A stretch of 64,000 nucleotides of DNA from a virus, in the IMG/VR virus record IMGVR_UViG_3300005573_000055, positions 1-64,000 of that record. One strand, given 5' to 3'. Below, one piece after another: positions 50,050 to 57,405 of this stretch. The notes below the pieces were generated by a model that made no database searches, was not told the DNA's origin, and saw nothing but the letters and a program-made list of their open reading frames with translations. Both the position numbers and the translations under genes were made by a program. Numbering within the stretch: position 1 is the stretch's first letter; the number at the start of each line of letters is the position of its first letter.

Positions 50050-52401
50050 CTATCGCACACGAGCTACTATGTAGCCTTCATCTGTGCGGATTTTAAGTAT
50101 GAGCGGATCATAACTGTCTGTCTCCATGACTTTGTGTAATACTTTATCGAAATCTCTTCTTAGTTGATCTATAGAGATTATCATCTCTCTTGGAAATTGT
50201 GTCTTTCTTGTACCTGATGACAATACTTTCAAATCTTCAACTGCATAGCTATCCTTGAACCGTCTGTACTTGATGCCTATAAGCTTATTGTAATAGTGAA
50301 GCTTGAATTTGTCTGCTTTTAGTTTTTCATACACATTGTTAAATACAAATAATGTGATAGGATCTTGCTGATAAATGCTCCTAAAAAGCAGTGTTAGACC
50401 ACGACCATTCTTGAATTTCTTGTGTGATACTATGAATCCTACAGTACAGAGATATCTTTTATCTTTGTCAGATAGAAATTCTTCTATCTCTTTGCGATAT
50501 ACATCCCCCAACGTTGATGTAAACCACATGTTGGTTACTTCGTATTCAAAATCTAGACGTTTCTCAATAGGATAATCAAACTCAAGCGGTACATCGAGTA
50601 TTTCATCGTGCTTTGGTATTCTAAAAAGGTAGTCTTTTTCTCTAAGTAGATGTACAGCTTCGCTTAGATATTCTATAAACGAAAGATCATTTTCTACATG
50701 TAATAGCTGTGCGCGTGTTAAGAACCGCTCTAAACACCCAGCCTTTGCCAATGCTGTTAGGCTATTTGTCTTGATGCCAGTTCTTATAATTAAATCACTT
50801 AAAGACTTAAAAGGTCCACCTTTTTGTCTTTGCTCGAGCAGAACTTGAGCATCTGAACCTAGACCTTTAATGCCGCTTAGTCCAAACCTAATTCTATTGT
50901 GGCCTACAACTGTAAATTCAGTTTCCGATTCGTTAACATCGGGCGGATAAACTTCTATACCAAAATTGCGTGCTTCATATATGAACTCTGTCATCTTTTG
51001 GAGGTCATTGCTTTCAAATATCAAGTTAGCTGCATAGAACTCATCTGTGTAATGTGCTTTAAGATACGCAGTCTTTGCTGTGATAATTGAGTAAGATACA
51101 GCATGACTTAAATTGAAAGCATAAGCACTGAATGATTCCATTTCATTCCACAGCTGATCTATTTCCTCCTCCGTCATGCCAATCTGCATAGCTTTATCTC
51201 TAAAGCGTTCCTTTTCCTTTACCATCTTTGCTTTCTGCTTTTTGGCAACGATCTTACGAAACTCATCTGCCTCCTGGTCACTATAGCCTGCTATAAGCTG
51301 AACTGTTTTTTGGATTTGCTCTTGGTAGATAAAATATCCGTATGTACTTTGTAAAACGCTTTTCAAGACTGGGAATCGTTCAGCTTGCGGAATTATATCA
51401 GGCTTTTGATTATTGCGGATTTTGAGTATACTGAACAGAAAATCCATCGGGCCTGGTCTAAAGCCTGCTGAGATGAGTACTATGTCAGAAAACTGCTTTG
51501 GCTTAAATTGCTTGATAAACTTTGTTATGCTATCACCTTCAAACTGAAATATTCCAAGCAGATTGCCTGATGATATTAGTTCATATGACTCAGAGTCGTT
51601 GATTGGTATATCTTCTAGTGAAAGCTTGATACCATGGTTTTTCTCTATAAGTTTTAATGTTTTCTCTATAACAGACAATGTCTTAAGGGCCAGCATATCG
51701 ACTTTGAGAAATCCCAAAGCTTCCACTTCATTCATATCACATTCGGTAATGATTTCACCTTCGCTTTCCCAGATGGGAATTGTCTCATAAAGCGGCTCGT
51801 TTGATATAATTATACCTGCAGCATGTGTAGAGCGCGATGATATCAAGCCCTCCATTTTGCGAGCAAGATCGATAACTCTCTTAGCATTACTGTCTTTCTC
51901 ATAGATGGTCTTGAAATCTTCATTCAAAGAAAGAAGACTGTCTATGGTCCAATTTGTTCCCTGCACAGGATCAGGAACCATATTTGCGAGCTTGTCAATA
52001 AAGTCAAATTCATATCCTAAAGCCTTGCCAACATATCTGATTGCTGACTTAGCATACATCCTATTGAATGTCCCTATCCTTGCAACATGAGAAGGACCAT
52101 ATTTATTCTTGATGTAAGAAACAACCTCATCACGTTTATCTTTGTCGAAATCTATGTCTATATCTGGAGATGTGCCACCTATATATTTTGGCAGACCAGT
52201 TGGCTTCTCATCCGTAATTCCTATAAGATAAGCTATAGTAGAATTTTGGTCGTTGGTAACCTTGATGCCTTTCTTTTTTAATGCAAGAAAGTAACCTTCC
52301 ATGTTGTATATTTCAACAGCACCTATTTCTTTCCTAAAAGCTGCATAGTCTATCTCACTGAGTCTGCTGCTGCTTAGACAAAGTTCTCTTAGTGTTCCCA
52401 T
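50050..52401 (-). CDS. dnaE: DNA polymerase III alpha, C-terminal part (catalytic palm, thumb, fingers, HhH)
   Basis: SPDIDIDF, STHAAGI, GFLKVDMLALKTL, GIFQFE, YQEQ, YAFNLSHAVSY, PPDVNES and IRFGLSGIKGLG. Confidence 0.93.
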   Translation of the reverse strand: MGTLRELCLSSSRLSEIDYAAFRKEIGAVEIYNMEGYFLALKKKGIKVTNDQNSTIAYLIGITDEKPTGLPKYIGGTSPDIDIDFDKDKRDEVVSYIKNKYGPSHVARIGTFNRMYAKSAIRYVGKALGYEFDFIDKLANMVPDPVQGTNWTIDSLLSLNEDFKTIYEKDSNAKRVIDLARKMEGLISSRSTHAAGIIISNEPLYETIPIWESEGEIITECDMNEVEALGFLKVDMLALKTLSVIEKTLKLIEKNHGIKLSLEDIPINDSESYELISSGNLLGIFQFEGDSITKFIKQFKPKQFSDIVLISAGFRPGPMDFLFSILKIRNNQKPDIIPQAERFPVLKSVLQSTYGYFIYQEQIQKTVQLIAGYSDQEADEFRKIVAKKQKAKMVKEKERFRDKAMQIGMTEEEIDQLWNEMESFSAYAFNLSHAVSYSIITAKTAYLKAHYTDEFYAANLIFESNDLQKMTEFIYEARNFGIEVYPPDVNESETEFTVVGHNRIRFGLSGIKGLGSDAQVLLEQRQKGGPFKSLSDLIIRTGIKTNSLTALAKAGCLERFLTRAQLLHVENDLSFIEYLSEAVHLLREKDYLFRIPKHDEILDVPLEFDYPIEKRLDFEYEVTNMWFTSTLGDVYRKEIEEFLSDKDKRYLCTVGFIVSHKKFKNGRGLTLLFRSIYQQDPITLFVFNNVYEKLKADKFKLHYYNKLIGIKYRRFKDSYAVEDLKVLSSGTRKTQFPREMIISIDQLRRDFDKVLHKVMETDSYDPLILKIRTDEGYIVARVR

Positions 52402-52582
52402 AGTAATGTTCCGTAGTTTGACTGCGTCTGTTGGCTAATTCAGATATGGGCAAGTTTGAAAGTGATATATGTGATACTGACATGAGTGCAAATATCCATG
52501 TAAAGATGGAGTTGTCTTTATAGCCCGTAAATATATATTTTAACTCTGGGTTGTTGCCTGTAAGCCTGATTGCATTTGACAT
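52355..52582 (-). CDS. Small ORF bridging the two dnaE parts
   Basis: 75 aa, GAGG 7 nt before ATG, overlaps both dnaE ORFs in another frame. Confidence 0.35.
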   Translation of the reverse strand: MSNAIRLTGNNPELKYIFTGYKDNSIFTWIFALMSVSHISLSNLPISELANRRSQTTEHYYGNTKRTLSKQQQTQ

Positions 52583-53880
52583 TGTTCAGCCTCATATATT
52601 TCATATGGATATTCTTTGAAGCTAATAACTGGTTTGGCAGCTCTGCCTTTATTTAGAAATCTTGCAAATGACAAATCGTAATCCAGTGGGTTGACATCTG
52701 TAATACCTAAGGCATATGAGATAAGACATCCAGCTGCGCTTCCACGTCCTGGCCCTACGAGGATTCCATTGCTTTTGGCCCACAAGACATAATCTTGCAC
52801 TATCAAAAAGTATCCAGCATATCCAGTCTGCTCAATTGTCTTAAGCTCCATCTCGATGCGATCATATATCTTCTTGTCTATGCTCTTGCCAAACCTTCTT
52901 CGCAAACCTTCAAAGACCAGCTTACGTAAAACAACATCCTCCTTGTCGGAAGGATAAAGCTGCGGAAGCCTATTTTTGCCCATCTCTATATTGACATTAC
53001 AACGTTCGGCTATTTCAAGAGTGTTATCTATGGCTTCCTTAAAACCCGAAAATCTTTCGAGCATATCTTTATAGCTGTATAAATGATATCCATTGCCTGG
53101 ATATTTAATGTTTTGCATTTTTGGATCACTAAGTGTAATATTATCTCTTATAGCAAGCATGATATCGTGGGCCAGCACATCTTCTTTTTCGATGAAATGA
53201 GTATCTGATGTAGCTACCAGCTTAATACCATACTTCTTTGCCAAAGAAGGAAGACTATCAAGAAGTATTGAGTCTTCTATCGTATTGTGATTTTGAATTT
53301 CAATGTAAAAACGATCACCAAAGATTTTCTTATGCCACGAGATAATCTCTTCTGGATCTTCCAAGACATTTTCCTGATGATTGCATTCTATATTGCTAAA
53401 ATCCCCATCCTGGTTGAAACTTTTCTCAATGCCATGCTTCTTTAAAATAGCCGAAGCCAAAGCACCACCTGCACAGCCAGAAAGACATATTAAGCCTTCG
53501 TTATACATTCTGAGAAGTTCACGATCTATTCTGGGCTTGTAATAAAAATGGTCTTTGTTGTAGCTTAAACTTACAAGCTTAATCAAATTACGCCAGCCTT
53601 GGTTATTCATAGCAAGCAGTGTAATATGTGTATATTTGTCTACACCTGGCTGTTTGTCAAACCTCGAACGAGTTGCCATATAGGCCTCTACGCCAGCAAT
53701 AGGTTTAATACCATACTCCTTGGCATATTTAAATAATGATATAACACCGCCAAGTGTTCCATGATCTGTAAGAGCTATTGCTGGAAGACCATAGGCTTTT
53801 GTTTTATCCATAAGCTCATCTATCTTGCAAATACCGTCTCTTATAGAAAATATCGAGTGCAGATGAAGCGGGGCATACAT
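52540..53880 (-). CDS. dnaE: DNA polymerase III alpha, N-terminal part (PHP domain and start of palm)
   Basis: HLHSIFSIRDG, ALTDHG, GIKPIAGVEAY, FYYKPRID, ATSDTH, GPGRGSAAG and FARFLN. Confidence 0.93.
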   Translation of the reverse strand: MYAPLHLHSIFSIRDGICKIDELMDKTKAYGLPAIALTDHGTLGGVISLFKYAKEYGIKPIAGVEAYMATRSRFDKQPGVDKYTHITLLAMNNQGWRNLIKLVSLSYNKDHFYYKPRIDRELLRMYNEGLICLSGCAGGALASAILKKHGIEKSFNQDGDFSNIECNHQENVLEDPEEIISWHKKIFGDRFYIEIQNHNTIEDSILLDSLPSLAKKYGIKLVATSDTHFIEKEDVLAHDIMLAIRDNITLSDPKMQNIKYPGNGYHLYSYKDMLERFSGFKEAIDNTLEIAERCNVNIEMGKNRLPQLYPSDKEDVVLRKLVFEGLRRRFGKSIDKKIYDRIEMELKTIEQTGYAGYFLIVQDYVLWAKSNGILVGPGRGSAAGCLISYALGITDVNPLDYDLSFARFLNKGRAAKPVISFKEYPYEIYEAEQCQMQSGLQATTQS

Positions 53881-53907
53881 TGCAGGTTCTCCTTATGTTG
53901 AAGATGT

Positions 53908-54342
53908 TCAAGAATACTCTAATGCATATCGACCATTTTTAATTGAAACTGATGCAGCATTATGATCGATAATGATCAGTATATACTTTATCTCATTGAC
54001 ATTAACAACCAATCCATAGTCCATAGCAGTATCGCCAAGCTCGCCTTTGACATATATTTTACCTATAAGGCGGTTAATGCTGCCTAAGCGTTTTCTTAAT
54101 TTCCTAAAGAAAGTAAACCTTCCGATAGTAAGCTTTTTGTATAATGACCATTTATGAAATGGCACAACACGGATAGTATTGACATTGCCTTTGCCCAAAT
54201 TCATAACATCGTCTTTTGAGATAAAGCATAACGAAAGTTCATTTGCTTTATTGGCTATAATGCAAAGAAGCAGTTGCTCGAGTGAACTTTCAGAGTCTTT
54301 GTTCTCTATGTCTTCAGAGTCGAGTAATTCATCAAATGTCAT
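53908..54342 (-). CDS. Hypothetical protein
   Basis: 144 aa with AAGGAG RBS. Confidence 0.55.
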   Translation of the reverse strand: MTFDELLDSEDIENKDSESSLEQLLLCIIANKANELSLCFISKDDVMNLGKGNVNTIRVVPFHKWSLYKKLTIGRFTFFRKLRKRLGSINRLIGKIYVKGELGDTAMDYGLVVNVNEIKYILIIIDHNAASVSIKNGRYALEYS

Positions 54343-54974
54343 TTTAGTTCTCCTTGAATGCTTGTGTGTAACATGTTGCTGTAGAGGATCTTTAGTTTTT
54401 TAAGTACTTTGAGAGTGCCTGTTTTTGAACTTTGAAGTTCAATACCTGCATAAGTTATATCGTCTTCTACTGTATAGAAAGAATTACCATGCAGCAAATC
54501 TTCGTCAAAATCTGAACGGTCCAGTTCTGTGTGATATTTATAAAGCAGAATGGAATGCAGAACCCTAAAACTTGTTGCAAGAACGACTTTTGGCTTGATG
54601 ATATCTATATATCCATCAAAGATCCACATTATTTGTGGAATGATATGTTCAGCAAAGAAGTCCGATGAAGTTACATGAAATGGGCACAACGCACAGCAGA
54701 AACTGTCTTCTCTTATATCAATACCGAGCTTATTTTTGAAGTAATATCTGTTGTTCTCAAAGAGATATCCTACATGTTCTTTATTGCGTTTTGCCCAAAA
54801 AATCTCTTCACTTGAAGGCGAGAACTTTACTATCATCAGCTTTGAGTTTGGATTACCATTATACAAAATAAAATGCTTATCTGTCAGTTTAATTGGCCCA
54901 TCGTTGTCTATATCACTATATATATCTTTAATTGCAGGTATTAGAGACTCTAAAGCTTCGAATTTGTTATGCAT
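54339..54974 (-). CDS. Uracil-DNA glycosylase family 4-like protein (divergent)
   Basis: GNPNSKLMIV...PS.EE and IDIIKPKVVLA motifs. Canonical GEAPG is replaced by KFSPS. Start set at 54974 behind GAGGAG. Confidence 0.55.
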   Translation of the reverse strand: MHNKFEALESLIPAIKDIYSDIDNDGPIKLTDKHFILYNGNPNSKLMIVKFSPSSEEIFWAKRNKEHVGYLFENNRYYFKNKLGIDIREDSFCCALCPFHVTSSDFFAEHIIPQIMWIFDGYIDIIKPKVVLATSFRVLHSILLYKYHTELDRSDFDEDLLHGNSFYTVEDDITYAGIELQSSKTGTLKVLKKLKILYSNMLHTSIQGELK

Positions 54975-54987
54975 GGTATGTCTCCTC

Positions 54988-55025
54988 AAATTAAAAGGAT
55001 AGCCACCATCAAAGATGACTATCCT
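54988..55025 (-). terminator. Intrinsic terminator after recA
   Basis: Minus strand aggatagtcatc-tttgat-ggtggctatcct (12 bp with two G-U pairs) followed by tttaattt. Confidence 0.75.
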
Positions 55026-55066
55026 ACCTCAGAGTGTGTGTGTGTGTGATTTGCACTGGTCTTTTG

Positions 55067-56140
55067 CTATTCTGCCTGTGATAGTGCTTGTGTGGTTAGT
55101 TCTTCAGTGCAAAATACTTTTTCTACTTCAGATTCTATAGCTTGTAAGAGTTCTGGCTTCTCTTTCAGAGTCAATCGGCAGTTCTCCAAGCCTTGACCTA
55201 TTTTCTCATCGCCAAAAGAAAGCCAACTACCGGATTTCTTAACTATATCTGCCTGTATAGCCAAGTTGAGAATATCCATCTCTCTTGAAAAACCTTCTCC
55301 CGGGTAGAGAAATAGATTAGCAAAGAGATAAGGCTTAGCAGTTTTATTCTTTGTTGCTGTAACACGTACTTCTTCGCCGATATACTGATCACCACGTTGG
55401 ATCTTACCGCCTTTTGTCTTAGAAAGCTCTAAAGCTACATGAGCATAAAACTTCATAGCATTGCCGCCTGTAAAAGTCTTAGAACCAACCATTGAAGCCA
55501 GATTAGCTCTCAGCTGGTTGATGTAGATAATGGATATTCTGTTTTTTCTTGCAAGAGCAGTTACCTTACTGAAATGCCCCGACAATAGCCTTGCAACGCT
55601 TGCTATGCCGGGACTTTCTTCAGCATATTTATCCTGCTGATCTACTGTCGATAAAGCGGCTACCGAGTCTAAAACTATCAGGTTAACAGAGTTGTTTTCT
55701 ACCAGCGCCTGAATGATATTTAACGCCTCTTCGGCGGATTCTGGTACACTGACAGTGAAACTCTTATCTTTACAATCTACCTTAATACCATAAGCTTTTT
55801 CTACATATGCGCTATCAAAAGAACCTTCTCGATCAATCCAGTGGACAGCACCTCCTGCTTTAAGCACGTGAGATGCTATTACATAAGCTAAAGCTGATTT
55901 TCCAAGAGATTCATATCCATATAGATTTACTATACAGCCAAGTGGAAAACCTGCTTTTTCGCCGTAGTGATATCCAGATAGCACAAAGTTCAAGGAAGGA
56001 AGACTTAGCTTTAGGCGTTCTGTCTTTAAAAGACCATCTTGAGGATCGATAAAGATATTCTTTCTTTTGTAATAAGCAGCAAGAGAAGCCTCAGCTAAAT
56101 CTATCTTCTTTGGATCAAAAGTTAATTTCTTCTCTTCCAT
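55067..56140 (-). CDS. recA: RecA recombinase
   Basis: Walker A GYESLGKS, IVLDSVAAL, INQLR, GGNAMKFYA, KNK and KSGSW..GQG.EN. Start is ATG 56140 with AGGAG RBS. Confidence 0.95.
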   Translation of the reverse strand: MEEKKLTFDPKKIDLAEASLAAYYKRKNIFIDPQDGLLKTERLKLSLPSLNFVLSGYHYGEKAGFPLGCIVNLYGYESLGKSALAYVIASHVLKAGGAVHWIDREGSFDSAYVEKAYGIKVDCKDKSFTVSVPESAEEALNIIQALVENNSVNLIVLDSVAALSTVDQQDKYAEESPGIASVARLLSGHFSKVTALARKNRISIIYINQLRANLASMVGSKTFTGGNAMKFYAHVALELSKTKGGKIQRGDQYIGEEVRVTATKNKTAKPYLFANLFLYPGEGFSREMDILNLAIQADIVKKSGSWLSFGDEKIGQGLENCRLTLKEKPELLQAIESEVEKVFCTEELTTQALSQAE

Positions 56141-56231
56141 GTATATACTCCTAAAATGTGCGCTCGTGTGTGTGTTAAAAAATCCCCCTTGTTTTTTTAT
56201 ATATAAATAACTATCAATATGTTTTAACAAT

Positions 56232-56273
56232 TAAAAAAAAATAAAATGTGGTGTAAGATTGCTCCTACACCAC
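56232..56273 (-). terminator. Intrinsic terminator closing the nrdJ-recA intergenic transcript
   Basis: Minus strand gtggtgtagga-GCAA-tcttacaccac followed by a T-rich tract (attttatttttttt). Confidence 0.8.
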
Positions 56274-57160
56274 TCTGAGGATGACCACCACACACACCTC
56301 ACAAGGCAGACTTTTCAAGAAATAGCTAGTAGTTATGCAGCCTTTGGTGTTATGATGGTTCTGTACTCATACTTTGACAAACTCTAGTGAGACCTACACT
56401 AGAGGTGCTCGGACCTCATGTCGCCCCTTGAAGGCCCATCGTTACACCAGGTCCATCGAGAGCTAAACAATGTTTAGCTCTCAGGTCTCAAAGACTAGAC
56501 TTTCGTCTAGCTATAAACTTTAATAAACTGATTTTTTTTCTATAAATAGTAATATTTCGTAATAAGCTAACTCTAGATTGATCCTATGAAATGGATTTTA
56601 TCCAGAGCTAGCTTTACGAAATATTACTTGTCTTTAAAACTTTGGCATATAGGTGGTATTAACAATTGTCTTTATACAATACAATGTACCATTACAATGT
56701 ATTAAACACTTGTGAACAATAAGTGCCAGAAGAGAAATTCTGTTTAAGAACAAACCACCTGTTTCAAAACATAGCCTTCCGACTATGTTTAACTCACAGA
56801 TTGATTAAAACTTTAGGCTCGGAGAGCCTTAAGCCTTCAAGCATGTTGTGCTACAAAGTAATACAACTCGAAGATAAAGCTTGTCTTTCGACAAGTAAAG
56901 CTAAAACTAAAACTTTGGTTCGGTCAACCGAACCAAAGCCCATTCGCCGATCCGGCTGAGTTGGGCTTCTCACGCGTAACAATAACAACGTTTTGTTACG
57001 CGATATACATAGACCTTATCTTTCGATAAGCCAAAACTTCATATTAGCAAAGAGAAGAACTTTGCCTTAAACCTTATCCACACAAAAACCTTTTCTTCTA
57101 CTTATCGAAGTCGTCACTAAAGTCAGCATATCAATATAGTCCTTCGATAAGCACCAAAGA
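56232..57160 (-). ncRNA. Putative large (~900 nt) structured non-coding RNA, family unassigned
   Basis: No credible ORF and more than 12 hairpins. Five minus-strand GNRA tetraloops, G-U wobbles mostly favouring the minus strand, a possible pseudoknot and a terminal terminator. Confidence 0.65.
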
Positions 57161-57400
57161 TATGATTTAGCTAAAAGCATATCTAGATAGATAATCTATA
57201 TAGCTAATAGCTATCATCAAAGATTATCTAATCTAGATATGCTTAGCTATATTGATATCCATATCATATAGATATGTATAGCAAGTATATCATCTAGTAT
57301 AGATATGCTATATCCCATGTGGATCTATCTAGCTATATGATATCTATATAGATAGTCTATCTATGATATGCTTATCTATATAGATATATATATCTAGGAA
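57160..57400. repeat. AT-rich low-complexity palindromic region (TAGATA/TATCTA units)
   Basis: Long imperfect hairpin 57168-57249, nested TATCTATATAGATA palindromes, a perfect DnaA box at 57074-57082 and an 8/9 box at 57406-57414. Confidence 0.7.
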
Positions 57401-57405
57401 ATCTC

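Noticed and set aside
52402-52620. Split intein or stop-codon reassignment explaining the dnaE break
   Set aside because: No intein splice motifs are present. Read-through would need both TAA and TAG, and TAG is used as a normal stop by many tightly packed genes here.
56200-56550. T4-type late promoters (TATAAATA near 56202 and 56541 on +)
   Set aside because: The motif is expected by chance in AT-rich DNA, and I did not see it recurring before the structural genes.
56723-56959. 78 aa + strand ORF, and a 14-codon ORF at 56281, inside the non-coding gap
   Set aside because: Neither has a properly spaced RBS. Both are antisense to all neighbours and run through dense hairpins.
56330-57145. 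Group I intron core on the + strand (R-like TCTCAAAGACTAGA near 56486, S-like AATATAGTCC near 57133, Q-like TGCAGCC near 56336)
   Set aside because: There is no convincing P element or P3, the first P7 pair mismatches, no gene is interrupted, and the GNRA loops and terminator point to the minus strand. A cmscan would settle it.
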